Source: Sedimentisphaerales bacterium (GTDB lineage: Bacteria; Planctomycetota; Phycisphaerae; Sedimentisphaerales; SM23-30). From it: a stretch of 64,000 nt of DNA. The DNA lies in contig CAXXMR010000012.1 in assembly GCA_963663805.2 (NCBI GenBank), positions 480,001-544,000 of the forward strand. Direction: 5' to 3'. Position 1 is the stretch's first letter. The number at the start of each line of letters is the position of its first letter. Positions 10,985 through 20,701 of the stretch are shown here, piece after piece. The notes beneath the pieces were generated by a model. The model had not been told where the DNA came from. It saw only the letters and a program-made list of their open reading frames with translations, and ran no database searches. A program made the translations under genes and the position numbers.

Positions 10985-12942
10985 TGAACAGAACAATACG
11001 AGCGATTATCGCGGTTATTTTTATCGGTGTGATTATGGTCAGCGCTATCAGTATTTGTCATAACCTAGGCAGAGACTGGCGGGCGGATGTTACGGACCAG
11101 AAGATTTACACATTAAGCGACGGTACGAAAGCGGTATTGGGCAAGCTGAATCAGCCGATTAAATTGAAGTTGTATTACGCGGCGACGGCGGCAACGAAAG
11201 CTCCGGACCAGATTCGTTTTTTCAATAACTATTATAGTTTTGTACATGACCTTTTGACAGAATATGAAAAGGCGGGCATGGGCAATGTTAAGTTGGAAGT
11301 GATTGACCCGCGGCCTTTCTCGGATAATGAGTCAGACGCTTTGCGTTATGGTCTGAAGAAATTTCCGGTAACGCAGGAAGAAAATTTCTTTTTCGGTCTG
11401 ACGGTTCAGACTCAGTTCGGCGTGACCAAGACGATACCGTTTTTTACGCCGGACCGTCAGAATTTTGTGGAGTATGACATCAGCTATCTGATTGATACGG
11501 CGATTCAGCGGGAGAAGAAGCGTATCGGCGTTTTGAGTTCGCTGCCGGTGACGGGTGATGATGTGAGTGGTTATATGGCACAGATGATGCAGATGCAGGG
11601 CCAGCAGCCCAAGCCGGCGTGGGGTTTTGTGGATTTGCTGAAGGACCAGTATGAGGTTAGCAAAGTTGAGGCTGACGCTGACAAAATCGAAGATATTGAT
11701 TTGCTTTTGGTGGTGCATCCCAAGGGACTGTCGGAACAGACTCAGCTGGCGATAGACCAGTTTGTTTTGGGCGGGGGCAGGACGGTTGTGATGGTTGACC
11801 CGCATTGCCTCGCGGACCAACCGGACCCGCAAGGGCGGATGCAGGGTCAGATGCCGGAGAGCAATTCGTCACTGGATACGCTGTTGCAGGCTTGGGGTTT
11901 GACGATGCCGGAGATGACGTTCGCGGGCGACCGGTCGATGTCGGTTTATGCTCAGACGAATCCGAATGCCAGTCCGGAAAAGATAATTGGCTATCTGAAC
12001 GTGACCAACGAAGGGATGAGCCATGATGAAGCCATGACGGCGGATTTGAATTCGGTGCGGGTGCTGTTTAGCGGGGTACTGAAGGCTGAGGCGAAGGACG
12101 GCGTGCAGATGATTCCGCTGCTGAGTACGACTAATCGCGGCAACTCGTTTAAGATTGACAGTCCTTATGAGCTGATGGGGCTTAACCCGAAGATGCTGAT
12201 GGATAAATTCAGCGACGGAAGCGAGCCGGTGAATATGGCTTATATGGTGACGGGCAAGCTGAGTACGGCTTTTCCGGAGGGGATTGATGTTGAAGTCAAA
12301 GCTGAGGAAGGTGCGGAACCTGAAAGTGAAGGTAAGTCCGCGGCAGCCAAGACCGAGCATGTGAACCCGGAGATTACCGAAGGTGCCGATTGTGCGGTGG
12401 TGGTATTTGCTGACGTTGATTTTATCAGTGACATGCTGGCGTTCCAGAACACATTTTTCGGCAAGGCGACGGCAGGTGATAATTCGGCGTTGCTGGTGAA
12501 CGCCATTGAAGAGATGAGCGGTTCGAGTGATTTAATCGCGATTCGTTCGCGGGGTAATTTCCAGCGGCCTTTCGATTTGGTAGATGAAATCGAGCGTAAG
12601 GCTGAGGAGAAGACCCAGGAAAAGGTTAGCAAATTACAGGCGGCTATCGAGGGTTTTCAGAATGAACTTAATGAATTGGTTCAGAAGGCCGGGGCTCAGG
12701 CGTTGCGTGAGCCAGCGACCATCGAGAAGCAGCGGCAGCTGGAGCTAAAAATTCGGGACGCCCAGCGGGAAGAACGTCAGATTCAGAACCGTCAGCGGGA
12801 AGATATTGAGCAATTGGGTTCTTTTTTGCGTAATGTGAATATGCTGGCGGCACCGGCGGTTATTCTGCTGGCGGCGATTGTTCTGGCGTTGCGGCGGGGC
12901 ACGAGACGGCGGCGTTATATCAGTCATTCCAGTGACGCTTGA
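10984..12942 (+). CDS. ABC-type auxiliary component (GldG-like)
   Basis: DVTDQKIYTLSDGT and AIDQFVLGGG motifs; N- and C-terminal TMs plus coiled coil; ATG overlaps the upstream TGA. Confidence 0.85.
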   Translation: MNRTIRAIIAVIFIGVIMVSAISICHNLGRDWRADVTDQKIYTLSDGTKAVLGKLNQPIKLKLYYAATAATKAPDQIRFFNNYYSFVHDLLTEYEKAGMGNVKLEVIDPRPFSDNESDALRYGLKKFPVTQEENFFFGLTVQTQFGVTKTIPFFTPDRQNFVEYDISYLIDTAIQREKKRIGVLSSLPVTGDDVSGYMAQMMQMQGQQPKPAWGFVDLLKDQYEVSKVEADADKIEDIDLLLVVHPKGLSEQTQLAIDQFVLGGGRTVVMVDPHCLADQPDPQGRMQGQMPESNSSLDTLLQAWGLTMPEMTFAGDRSMSVYAQTNPNASPEKIIGYLNVTNEGMSHDEAMTADLNSVRVLFSGVLKAEAKDGVQMIPLLSTTNRGNSFKIDSPYELMGLNPKMLMDKFSDGSEPVNMAYMVTGKLSTAFPEGIDVEVKAEEGAEPESEGKSAAAKTEHVNPEITEGADCAVVVFADVDFISDMLAFQNTFFGKATAGDNSALLVNAIEEMSGSSDLIAIRSRGNFQRPFDLVDEIERKAEEKTQEKVSKLQAAIEGFQNELNELVQKAGAQALREPATIEKQRQLELKIRDAQREERQIQNRQREDIEQLGSFLRNVNMLAAPAVILLAAIVLALRRGTRRRRYISHSSDA

Positions 12943-12946
12943 AGAT

Positions 12947-12995
12947 TAACAACGAAACGGAATTTTAAACCGCGGATTACGCGGATTTTTAACGG
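12947..12995 (-). repeat. Partial copy of the dispersed repeat (CCGTTAAAAATCCGCGTAATCCGCGG module)
   Basis: Reverse complement matches the 3' modules at about 42908-42962 and 61250-61287. Confidence 0.8.
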
Positions 12996-13208
12996 TTAAG
13001 AATTTTAGCTGGAGTTTTGCAAAAGGATAATTTGGCATACTTTTTATCAGAAAAAAGACGCTACGCTGTTTTTTCTGCTTTTACGCTTTTTGTCGTAAGT
13101 TTTTTACATTTAAGAATTTAATGCAATTTGATTTGCTTTCAGATTCGGGTCAAAAATCAAATTTTAAGTTACAGGTTTTAATAAAAATAATAAACCGGGA
13201 GTTTTGTT

Positions 13209-14414
13209 ATGAAAAATAGTAAGTTATTTTTGTTGGGTTTGGTCGCGGCGGCGATGGTGATTTGGGCGGTGGTGCAGGACCGCATTGCTGAGAGTCAGAA
13301 TCAGCCGGTGAGTGGGGGCGGTCATTTGATTCAGGGGCTGGACACTGCGTTGATTGACAGCATTGCTATTAGTGCCGGGGACAGTAAGGTTACGCTCAAG
13401 CGGCAGGGTGACGGTTTTGTGGTTGTGGAGAAGGGTGATTATCCGGCTGATATTGAACAGATTAACAAGTTGATAAACAAGCTGCTGGATATTAAGACGA
13501 CCGAAGTGGTGACCGAGAACGCGGACAATCACGCGGACCTGGGCGTTACGGAAGACAAGGCCAAGGCGGTAGTTAAATTTATGAACGGCGAGGGCGAGCT
13601 TATCGGTTCGGCGATTATCGGCGGGATGTCGGATACCGTTCGGGGCAGTTATGTGCGGCGGGCGGATTCGGATGTGGTTTATCTTTCGGAGAATACGCCG
13701 TGGCTGCGTACGTCGCCTTTGGAATATACGGTTCAGAAGCTGGTGGGTATTGAGAGCGATAAAATCAAGCGGGTCAAGGTCAGCGGGGTGGATGGTGAGT
13801 ATAATCTAACTAAAGACGACTCGGATAAAGTTGGGCTGGATAAGGTTCCGTCGGGCAAGCAGGTTAAGCAGAATGAGCTTAATAGTGTATTCAATGCGAT
13901 GGGAAATGTTTCGTTCAGCGATGTCAAGAAGGAGTCTGAGGCTGAGGGGATGAACTTCAATCGCAAGTATGTCTGTCAGTTGAAGGATTCGACGGTGTAT
14001 CGTTTTGAACTGGCTGAGGCGGGCGGGAAGTATTATGCCAAATGCTCAGCGGACTTTACAGATAAGAGTCAGGTGATGAAAGAGAACCGCAAGGAAAGCG
14101 AAGAAGAACTCAAGGAAAAAGAAGCGAAGCTGCTGGCGCGTGAGGGGGCTGAGAAATTTACGGCTGAGCATGAAGGGTGGGTTTATGAGTTGGCGGAATA
14201 TCAGGCTAAGAAGCTGATGAAGAAAGTTGATGAGCTGGTGGAAGATATTCCTCAGCCGGAACCAGCGGAAGAAAAAGCCGTTGAGGATAAGCCTGTTGAA
14301 CCGGCGGCGACAAAAGTGGAACCTGTTGAACCGGCGGCGATAAAATCGGTTGAGGTAAAGCCTGAAACGGAGACGCCGGCTGCACCTGCGGCAGAGCCTG
14401 CCAAACAGCAATAA
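13209..14414 (+). CDS. DUF4340-like membrane-anchored periplasmic protein with Pro/Ala/Glu tail
   Basis: N-terminal TM; YPAD and YVRRAD motifs; follows the GldG-like gene; duplicated PVEPAA in the tail. Confidence 0.75.
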   Translation: MKNSKLFLLGLVAAAMVIWAVVQDRIAESQNQPVSGGGHLIQGLDTALIDSIAISAGDSKVTLKRQGDGFVVVEKGDYPADIEQINKLINKLLDIKTTEVVTENADNHADLGVTEDKAKAVVKFMNGEGELIGSAIIGGMSDTVRGSYVRRADSDVVYLSENTPWLRTSPLEYTVQKLVGIESDKIKRVKVSGVDGEYNLTKDDSDKVGLDKVPSGKQVKQNELNSVFNAMGNVSFSDVKKESEAEGMNFNRKYVCQLKDSTVYRFELAEAGGKYYAKCSADFTDKSQVMKENRKESEEELKEKEAKLLAREGAEKFTAEHEGWVYELAEYQAKKLMKKVDELVEDIPQPEPAEEKAVEDKPVEPAATKVEPVEPAAIKSVEVKPETETPAAPAAEPAKQQ

Positions 14415-14463
14415 GGCCTGTAGGACAATTCAGTGTCAACCGGACTGTTAAAGGTGCGGTATT

Positions 14464-14486
14464 AAAAGGGACTATATGTCCCTTTT
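14464..14486. terminator. Probable bidirectional hairpin between convergent genes
   Basis: AAAAGGGAC-TATAT-GTCCCTTTT perfect inverted repeat. Confidence 0.65.
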
Positions 14487-16061
14487 ATTTTTGAGGTGCT
14501 GGTTGAGCAGATGCTGGAAAAGTTGGGGGTTGGCGGTGGTTACGAAGGTGCGGGCGAGCAGGTCGCCGGGTCGCTGGCGGCGTTTGGTGAAGATGGTGAT
14601 TATGAGAATCAGCAGCTGGACCTGGGGATGGAGTTCGACGGCGCGGGCGAGGTTGCGGATGAGGGCCTGGGGTCGTTTGATGGGGGTGATGTCCTCGGTT
14701 ATGACGACGAGTCGCATAATCATTTTGCCGGGCGAGGTGCCCAGCAGTGATTCGATGATGGTCAGGTAGACCGTTATGCCGAGCGAGGCGACGAAGCCAA
14801 CGGTGGTGAGCAGGGGCAGATATTGCAAGTATAGTTCGGGGTCGGTGAAGAGGTTTTCTGCGGGCAGTTGCTGCTGAAGGTCGGGGAAAACCAGCGACAT
14901 GGTCAGTGAGGACGCGGGGAATGCGTCGATGACGAATGCCAGGAGCCGGCGGAACAGGGGTGCGGGCTTGACGAAATCGGGGAGGGGGTTTTGCGGATTG
15001 AAGGCGTTGCGGCGTTTGATGATGATGACGGCCATGCAAATCGCCATGAGTATACCGCCGGCGGTGGGGCCGAGCAGGAAAAGAGGGACGATTTCTTCGG
15101 TGGTGGCTAATAAGGTGATAGGATTTGTCAGCGGCTGAGCGAGTTTGCCATCGGCGGTATAGGAGCCGGTGACGATTTCGTATTCGTTTTTTGCCTGGAA
15201 GGCGGTGATAGTCTGGTCCCAGGCGGTAAAAGCCAGGGCGTGGGCAGGAGCGATTAGCTGGGTATTTAGTTTTAGTTCAAGGGGTGCCGATCGGAGCAGA
15301 TTTTTATTTTCAAAAGTCGCCAGAGTAAACTCACATTTATCGTCCGGGCCGGCAGCGATAATCAGGGCGGGCTGATGGTTCAGGGTAAGGGCGGTGATTG
15401 TCTGAGTGTTTTCAATTGTGAATATCAGAGGGTCGGAAATTTTATCGGGTGTGATAATGAAATATTTGATTTGGTTCTGGTCGTCGAGGCCAAAGAGGTG
15501 TACAGTTTTTTCGGTGGCGGAGATGGTAATTTTTTGCAGATTGGGCAGAGTATTCCGGCGGAACGGCTGGTAAGCCTGATGCTCGGTTCGGTTGAGCAGG
15601 ATTGTCTGTTGGGGTTGAAGCTCCAAAGTGCCGTCGGTGCTGGTTAAAGTAACTGGTTGTTCGGCCCGCACGAGGGTGTAGATGTTATCCTTATAGGCAG
15701 CGGCGGCAAGGGTGGTGAGGTTGGCGGGCAAGGGTGGTTCACTGCGGGGGGTGGTGTGCAGGCCGTAACTGCGTTGGGAGTTTTGGAAGAAAATGTGGAG
15801 TCGGTTTTGGGCAGCGGTGAGGGCGAGCGGTTGACCGGGCAAGGTCTGATTGGGGATGAAATGGGTGCCAGCCTGGGGGCGATAGTAGATTTTGAAACTG
15901 GAACCGGCGTCGTTCTGCTGAGTTAATACGCAATAAACCCCCTGCTGGTCCGCGGCGGCGGCAAGCTGATAATCGGCATATAATTGGGGACAGGTTACAA
16001 ACAAACTAATCAGTGTTAATATAATGGTACGAACGGGTACGATAATTTTCATGGTTGGCAT
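14472..16061 (-). CDS. RDD-family membrane protein with large exported N-terminal domain
   Basis: C-terminal RRLLAFVID, GTSPGK and RQRPGDLLART motifs; signal peptide. Confidence 0.8.
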   Translation of the reverse strand: MPTMKIIVPVRTIILTLISLFVTCPQLYADYQLAAAADQQGVYCVLTQQNDAGSSFKIYYRPQAGTHFIPNQTLPGQPLALTAAQNRLHIFFQNSQRSYGLHTTPRSEPPLPANLTTLAAAAYKDNIYTLVRAEQPVTLTSTDGTLELQPQQTILLNRTEHQAYQPFRRNTLPNLQKITISATEKTVHLFGLDDQNQIKYFIITPDKISDPLIFTIENTQTITALTLNHQPALIIAAGPDDKCEFTLATFENKNLLRSAPLELKLNTQLIAPAHALAFTAWDQTITAFQAKNEYEIVTGSYTADGKLAQPLTNPITLLATTEEIVPLFLLGPTAGGILMAICMAVIIIKRRNAFNPQNPLPDFVKPAPLFRRLLAFVIDAFPASSLTMSLVFPDLQQQLPAENLFTDPELYLQYLPLLTTVGFVASLGITVYLTIIESLLGTSPGKMIMRLVVITEDITPIKRPQALIRNLARAVELHPQVQLLILIITIFTKRRQRPGDLLARTFVTTANPQLFQHLLNQHLKNKRDI

Positions 16062-16915
16062 TTTTCATCGAGTTGGAGGAATGAATCTACATCGGGTACT
16101 TGTTCAGGACGTTCAAATAATGGTTGGCGGCGTTCGGGGGTGGAGTCTTCTTTGAGGGCCCGAAGTTTGAGGTTAAGTTGGGATTGTTTGTCGGACAGTT
16201 GAAAACTTATGTCGGTGGGTATCTGAGCGTTTCCGAGGGGAAGGTAATTTTTTATTTCCGTATGCAGAACCACGTTACCTTCGGCGTCGAAGATATTCAT
16301 CGAGCTGGGCAGATGCGAACCGCGGGGGAAAATAATTTCGTGGGCGAGTTGCAGTTGGTCTGGGGTGATGTAGACATATTCGATGATGGACTCGGTGGGT
16401 GTGATTCGATAGACCGGCTGATAGTCGGAGCTGGGTGCGGGGTTGAGCAAGCCCAGGAAACGCAGGAAATCGTGCGGGTGAATAATCGGCCTGATGGAAC
16501 AGGGCTGGTCAATGTTGGCGAATGTGCCCCAGGCACCGGAATGGGCAGCGCGGGAATAGATAAAAAATTCATCCTGGTTGGCACCGATGACGAAGGCACG
16601 AGTTAAGAAAGCGGTGTCAGCCTGTAAATATAACCGCGGGTTTTGGTCGGGGGTTGTGGAGGGCTGATAGAACATTTTGCCGCTGAGGTCTTTGTGGGAA
16701 TGTTGACGGTCAGTTTTGGGGTCGTACCATTTCGCGTACCATTTATCGAGCGAGGCCTTGAAGGCTGGAATCGCAGCGATGTTGGCCTGATACGCCTGGA
16801 TGGTGTCATCGAGGGTCAACGGTTCGGGCGAGACAATGGGTCGCTGGGTTTTGGGGCAGCCTGCCAGAAAAATCGGACTGATAGTTATAAGAATGATAAT
16901 CAGGCGACGGGTCAT
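16049..16915 (-). CDS. Hypothetical lipoprotein
   Basis: Lipobox FLAGC; tightly packed with neighbours. Confidence 0.7.
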   Translation of the reverse strand: MTRRLIIILITISPIFLAGCPKTQRPIVSPEPLTLDDTIQAYQANIAAIPAFKASLDKWYAKWYDPKTDRQHSHKDLSGKMFYQPSTTPDQNPRLYLQADTAFLTRAFVIGANQDEFFIYSRAAHSGAWGTFANIDQPCSIRPIIHPHDFLRFLGLLNPAPSSDYQPVYRITPTESIIEYVYITPDQLQLAHEIIFPRGSHLPSSMNIFDAEGNVVLHTEIKNYLPLGNAQIPTDISFQLSDKQSQLNLKLRALKEDSTPERRQPLFERPEQVPDVDSFLQLDEKCQP

Positions 16916-17404
16916 TTAGAATTCTCCGTGGAGGATGGCTGAGAGTTCCTGAGAGACCTGTTCTATTTGTTCATCGTTGAGCTGAGGATTTTCGACTTTG
17001 TGGGTATCGGTTTCGCGGACAAAACGCATGACCCAAATTTCCTTGTTGTCCTGGCGGAGGGTGTCTTCGTATTTAAGTTTTCTTTTACGCATGAGGATAA
17101 GGGCTAATACGAAACGGAAGTTTACTTTTAGCTGGTCGGTTTCCTGAGCGAGTCGTTCGAAGAAATTAATCAGGACACTGTCATCAACGAAAAGTTTTTT
17201 CTTTTCGTTGGGTTGCGGAATAATGGTTTTCCAGAAGCTGTAAACTTCGGGTTTGTTCTGGTCCCAATACTCGATGGAGAAATCTTTGCGTTCAAAACCT
17301 GTGGGGGTATCAATGAGCGCGGCGTAATATTCCTGGCCCGGTTCCAGCGGTTGGCCGCTGCCGGCACAAACTCCGGCGGTTCTTTCTACTTTCCATTGTT
17401 CCAT
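16916..17404 (-). CDS. Conserved hypothetical protein
   Basis: Operonic ORF abutting the downstream gene; FVLALILMRKRKL motif recalled from planctomycete hypotheticals. Confidence 0.7.
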   Translation of the reverse strand: MEQWKVERTAGVCAGSGQPLEPGQEYYAALIDTPTGFERKDFSIEYWDQNKPEVYSFWKTIIPQPNEKKKLFVDDSVLINFFERLAQETDQLKVNFRFVLALILMRKRKLKYEDTLRQDNKEIWVMRFVRETDTHKVENPQLNDEQIEQVSQELSAILHGEF

Positions 17405-17476
17405 TTTGGCTTATCCGTAGTTGTAGTTTATGTTGCCTGTTTCAAGTTGGTATGAGAACGGTTTACGCTAGATTTG

Positions 17477-17809
17477 TCAAGGATTGGTAAAATTCAGATA
17501 GGCTGAGATTTTGTCAACAGTGGCAGGTCCTATTCCGGAAATATTGGCTAATTCGTGCGCGTTGTTAAACATCTTGACGCTTTGTCGGTATTTGACAATC
17601 TGATGGGCCCGGGCAGGTCCGACACCGGGCAGGCGTGCCATAGAATACCAGGTCGCGGTATTGGGGTTTATTTTATCAGACAACCTCGGCGTGTCGGGCC
17701 ATGATTTATCCAGATTATAATTGCCAAACGGTGCCGCCATAAAAAATATCAGCAAAGAAATTATCATTATCGAACAGCCCAGGAATTGTCGATTGGACAA
17801 TCGCCCCAT
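17477..17809 (-). CDS. ComEA-like helix-hairpin-helix protein
   Basis: INPNTAT, LPGVGPARA and ISGIGPAT motifs; N-terminal TM. Confidence 0.85.
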   Translation of the reverse strand: MGRLSNRQFLGCSIMIISLLIFFMAAPFGNYNLDKSWPDTPRLSDKINPNTATWYSMARLPGVGPARAHQIVKYRQSVKMFNNAHELANISGIGPATVDKISAYLNFTNP

Positions 17810-17827
17810 CGTAAGTGTCCCTGTTTA

Positions 17828-18778
17828 TTAGGATAAAAGTTTCTGGCGAATATTTTCAAAGTCGTCAAGATTATAGAATTCGATGGTAATCTTGCCGCGA
17901 TGTGTTTTCTTGCCGGATGTTTTAATATTTACTCTGCTGCCCAAAGAGCGCGTCATTTCCTGTTCCAATTCGTGAATGTGTGACTGCCGGGCGGTCTGTT
18001 CCGGTTCGGGGGCCGGGGCGGGTTTCTTCATTTGTTGAATAAGCTGCTCTAACTTACGGACCGATAAGTGTTGCTTGAAAACCTGCTGGGCGAGTCTGGC
18101 CTGCGCGTTTTTATCAGGGACACCCAAGAGAGCCCGGGCATGTCCCATGGAAATTTTACCTTCAGCAAGCAGGTTACGGGCATCGTCGGTAAGTTCGAGC
18201 AAACGAATGTAGTTAGCGATAGTGGAGCGGTCTTCGCCGAGTTTTTCAGCGGCTTCCTGTTGGGTCATTGAAAAGCGGGAGAGATACTGCTGATAGGCAC
18301 GTGCCCTTTCCAGAGAATTAAGGTCCGCACGGTGGATATTTTCGACCAGGGCCCATTCGAGCATTTGTTCTTCGGTGGCGTCGCGTACAAGAGCGGGGAT
18401 TTTATCTTTGCCGGCCATCTGGGTTGCCCGCAACCGTCTTTCCCCGGCGATGAGCTGGAAGGTATCCCCCATGGGTCGGACCAGAATAGGCTGAATCAGG
18501 CCGTTGGCTTTAATGGACTCTGATAGGTCCAGAAGTTTCTGCTGGTCCCATTCCTGACGCGGCTGATGGGGATTGCGATTGATTTTATCGATGGTCAGTT
18601 CGGTGACGTAATCGCCGGGGCGAGAAACCGTCCTTGATTCTGGAGCTATTGTATCGGTTATTCTTGGAGTTGGTTCAATTTGGGGTTGGGGCGGGGCAGT
18701 TTCGGCAATCTGGTCGATTCTGGTAGACGAAAGGAGGGAGTTAAGCCCTCTGCCCAGCCTTTTTTTGTTTTCGCTCAT
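17828..18778 (-). CDS. parB: Chromosome partitioning protein ParB
   Basis: LGRGLNSLL peptide; NPHQPR, GLIQPILVR, IAGERRLRA and ENIHRADL motifs; HTH. Confidence 0.97.
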   Translation of the reverse strand: MSENKKRLGRGLNSLLSSTRIDQIAETAPPQPQIEPTPRITDTIAPESRTVSRPGDYVTELTIDKINRNPHQPRQEWDQQKLLDLSESIKANGLIQPILVRPMGDTFQLIAGERRLRATQMAGKDKIPALVRDATEEQMLEWALVENIHRADLNSLERARAYQQYLSRFSMTQQEAAEKLGEDRSTIANYIRLLELTDDARNLLAEGKISMGHARALLGVPDKNAQARLAQQVFKQHLSVRKLEQLIQQMKKPAPAPEPEQTARQSHIHELEQEMTRSLGSRVNIKTSGKKTHRGKITIEFYNLDDFENIRQKLLS

Positions 18779-18888
18779 GAGGTATTTCTCCGTGAGTTCA
18801 GTAGTCTATATATTGCTTAATCTGCGTGGTATTTTCGAGCCAGGTGCTATGGGTGTCAAGGTAAATAAGATGGAGGGGTAGCCAGAAT

Positions 18889-18904
18889 TGTTCCACGTGG
18901 AACA
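18889..18904. promoter_or_regulatory. parS site 1
   Basis: Perfect palindrome TGTTCCACGTGGAACA, about 110 bp from the parB start. Confidence 0.95.
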
Positions 18905-18946
18905 ATGGTATTTTGCAAGGTGAGTAGAGTGGGGTCGGTCTGCGGA

Positions 18947-18962
18947 TGTTCCACGTGGAACA
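18947..18962. promoter_or_regulatory. parS site 2
   Basis: Second perfect TGTTCCACGTGGAACA, 58 bp from site 1. Confidence 0.95.
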
Positions 18963-19147
18963 CCGGTCAGTTTAACTGAAAATGCGATAAAAAAACAAAA
19001 AGCGGGGGTCGTTGACATGGCTTTTCCGGGTGGAGATTTCTGGTTATTGACTCAGCAGCCCAAAACAGTTATCGGAACCTGGCTATGGTTTTGTTAAAGA
19101 GTTAATAATTCGTGATTTAGGCGGTTTTGGGCCGATTAAGAGAGGGT

Positions 19148-20644
19148 ATGGATAAAGAAGTTTTGCACTCAGAGAGGGGGCTAAAGGGGCGGGTTTTGCG
19201 CGCGTGCCGGTGGGTTCTTTTGGAGGGGTTAGGGGTTCAGGGGATGCGGCTGATAAGGCAATTGGCGTTGACCTGGCTTTTGGCCCAGGAAGTAATCGGT
19301 ATTCTGGCGTTGGTTTGGGGCGTATTAGCGGTTTTGCGAGAATGGTCGGACACAGGGGTGCGACATGCATTAATTCAAAGTTCGCAGGGGGGGCATAAGG
19401 ACTACCTTGATTGTGCCTGGACCATAAATCTAATGCGAAATCTGATTCTGGCGGGCGTTCTATACTTTGGCGCGGGATTCATCGCTGAGGGGATATACCA
19501 GCAACCAGAGTTGAGGGGGTTATTAAGATGGTGCTGTCTGATTGTTATTCTGGACGGCCTAACAAGCATGAGTCTGACGGTAATGCGCAGGGAACTGCAC
19601 TTTCGGCCCATTGCAATGGTGCAGATGGCGGCGAATTTCGCGGGTTTACTGGCAGCTATCGGACTATGCAAATGGCAGCCTAGCGCCCGTTCGGTGGTAA
19701 TCGCGGAAATCCTGACATCGGGAATAATATTTGTAAGCAGCTATCTGGTAGGCAGTTACAAGCCAAAACTTAAGTTTGACCGGTCAGTTGGACTGGATTT
19801 GCTGGGTTTTGGAGCCATGGCATATCTGGTAACCCTGGTAGACGCGGTGGGCATGAGGGCTGATTTACTGATACTAGGCAAAGTGGCGCCAATGAGCGAT
19901 GTGGGGATTTATTATCTGGGTATGGTGGTGATGGTGGCAGCTTGCGGGATATTTTCCAGATTGACCATCGAGGTGGGCTTTCCGGCATTGTGCCTGGTCC
20001 GGCATGACCGGGCGGCGATGAGAAGGGGGGTCGCTGAAATAATCAAAGGTACACAGCTGGTTTCCCTGCCGGCGTTTCTGGCATTGGGGATATTGGGGCC
20101 TGACATTGTAAAAATTATGCCGACCAAATATGCCGAAGTGGGTGAAGTTTTGCGGTGGCTGAGCATTTTAGGCTTAGCGCTGACATTTACGCGACAGCTG
20201 GCACCGGCATTATACGCGTTACGCAGGGTATTTTGGTGTGTATTACGCGGGATATTGGCGTTGGTGCTGGTTTCGATTTTGGTAGGCCCAATGTACAAAT
20301 ATTGGGGTCTTACCGGGGCATGTTGGGCAGCAAATATTGGGGGAATTGTTACGACAGTGATGATGTGGGTGGTGGTATTGAAGGAACTGGGCTGGCAGTG
20401 GGGGCAATGGTGGTCCAGCGTGGCAGTACTGGGTAAATGTGTAATGGGTGGGGCAGCAGGGATGACGGCGGCGGTGTTGATTATGTGGGGATTGGGGATA
20501 GAGCTAGCCGATGTGACAAAGGTGCGTTTGATATTGTGCGGGGGGGGCGGAGTGGGTTATGCGATATGCGGCTGGCGGTTTTATCGACCGGGTGGAGTGT
20601 GTGCGGCAAGCAAACAAGGGACATTAAACAAGGGTTGTGTTTAA
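19148..20644 (+). CDS. Wzx/MOP-family oligosaccharide flippase
   Basis: Many TM segments; SDTGVRHALIQ, AWTINL and RRELHFR motifs; ATG at 19148 chosen from the purine-rich RBS. Confidence 0.85.
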   Translation: MDKEVLHSERGLKGRVLRACRWVLLEGLGVQGMRLIRQLALTWLLAQEVIGILALVWGVLAVLREWSDTGVRHALIQSSQGGHKDYLDCAWTINLMRNLILAGVLYFGAGFIAEGIYQQPELRGLLRWCCLIVILDGLTSMSLTVMRRELHFRPIAMVQMAANFAGLLAAIGLCKWQPSARSVVIAEILTSGIIFVSSYLVGSYKPKLKFDRSVGLDLLGFGAMAYLVTLVDAVGMRADLLILGKVAPMSDVGIYYLGMVVMVAACGIFSRLTIEVGFPALCLVRHDRAAMRRGVAEIIKGTQLVSLPAFLALGILGPDIVKIMPTKYAEVGEVLRWLSILGLALTFTRQLAPALYALRRVFWCVLRGILALVLVSILVGPMYKYWGLTGACWAANIGGIVTTVMMWVVVLKELGWQWGQWWSSVAVLGKCVMGGAAGMTAAVLIMWGLGIELADVTKVRLILCGGGGVGYAICGWRFYRPGGVCAASKQGTLNKGCV

Positions 20645-20701
20645 TAACTGGAGTTTTGCGAAAGTTCAGTGCTAATTTAGAACAAGTGTAAAAGGCTAAT
20701 C

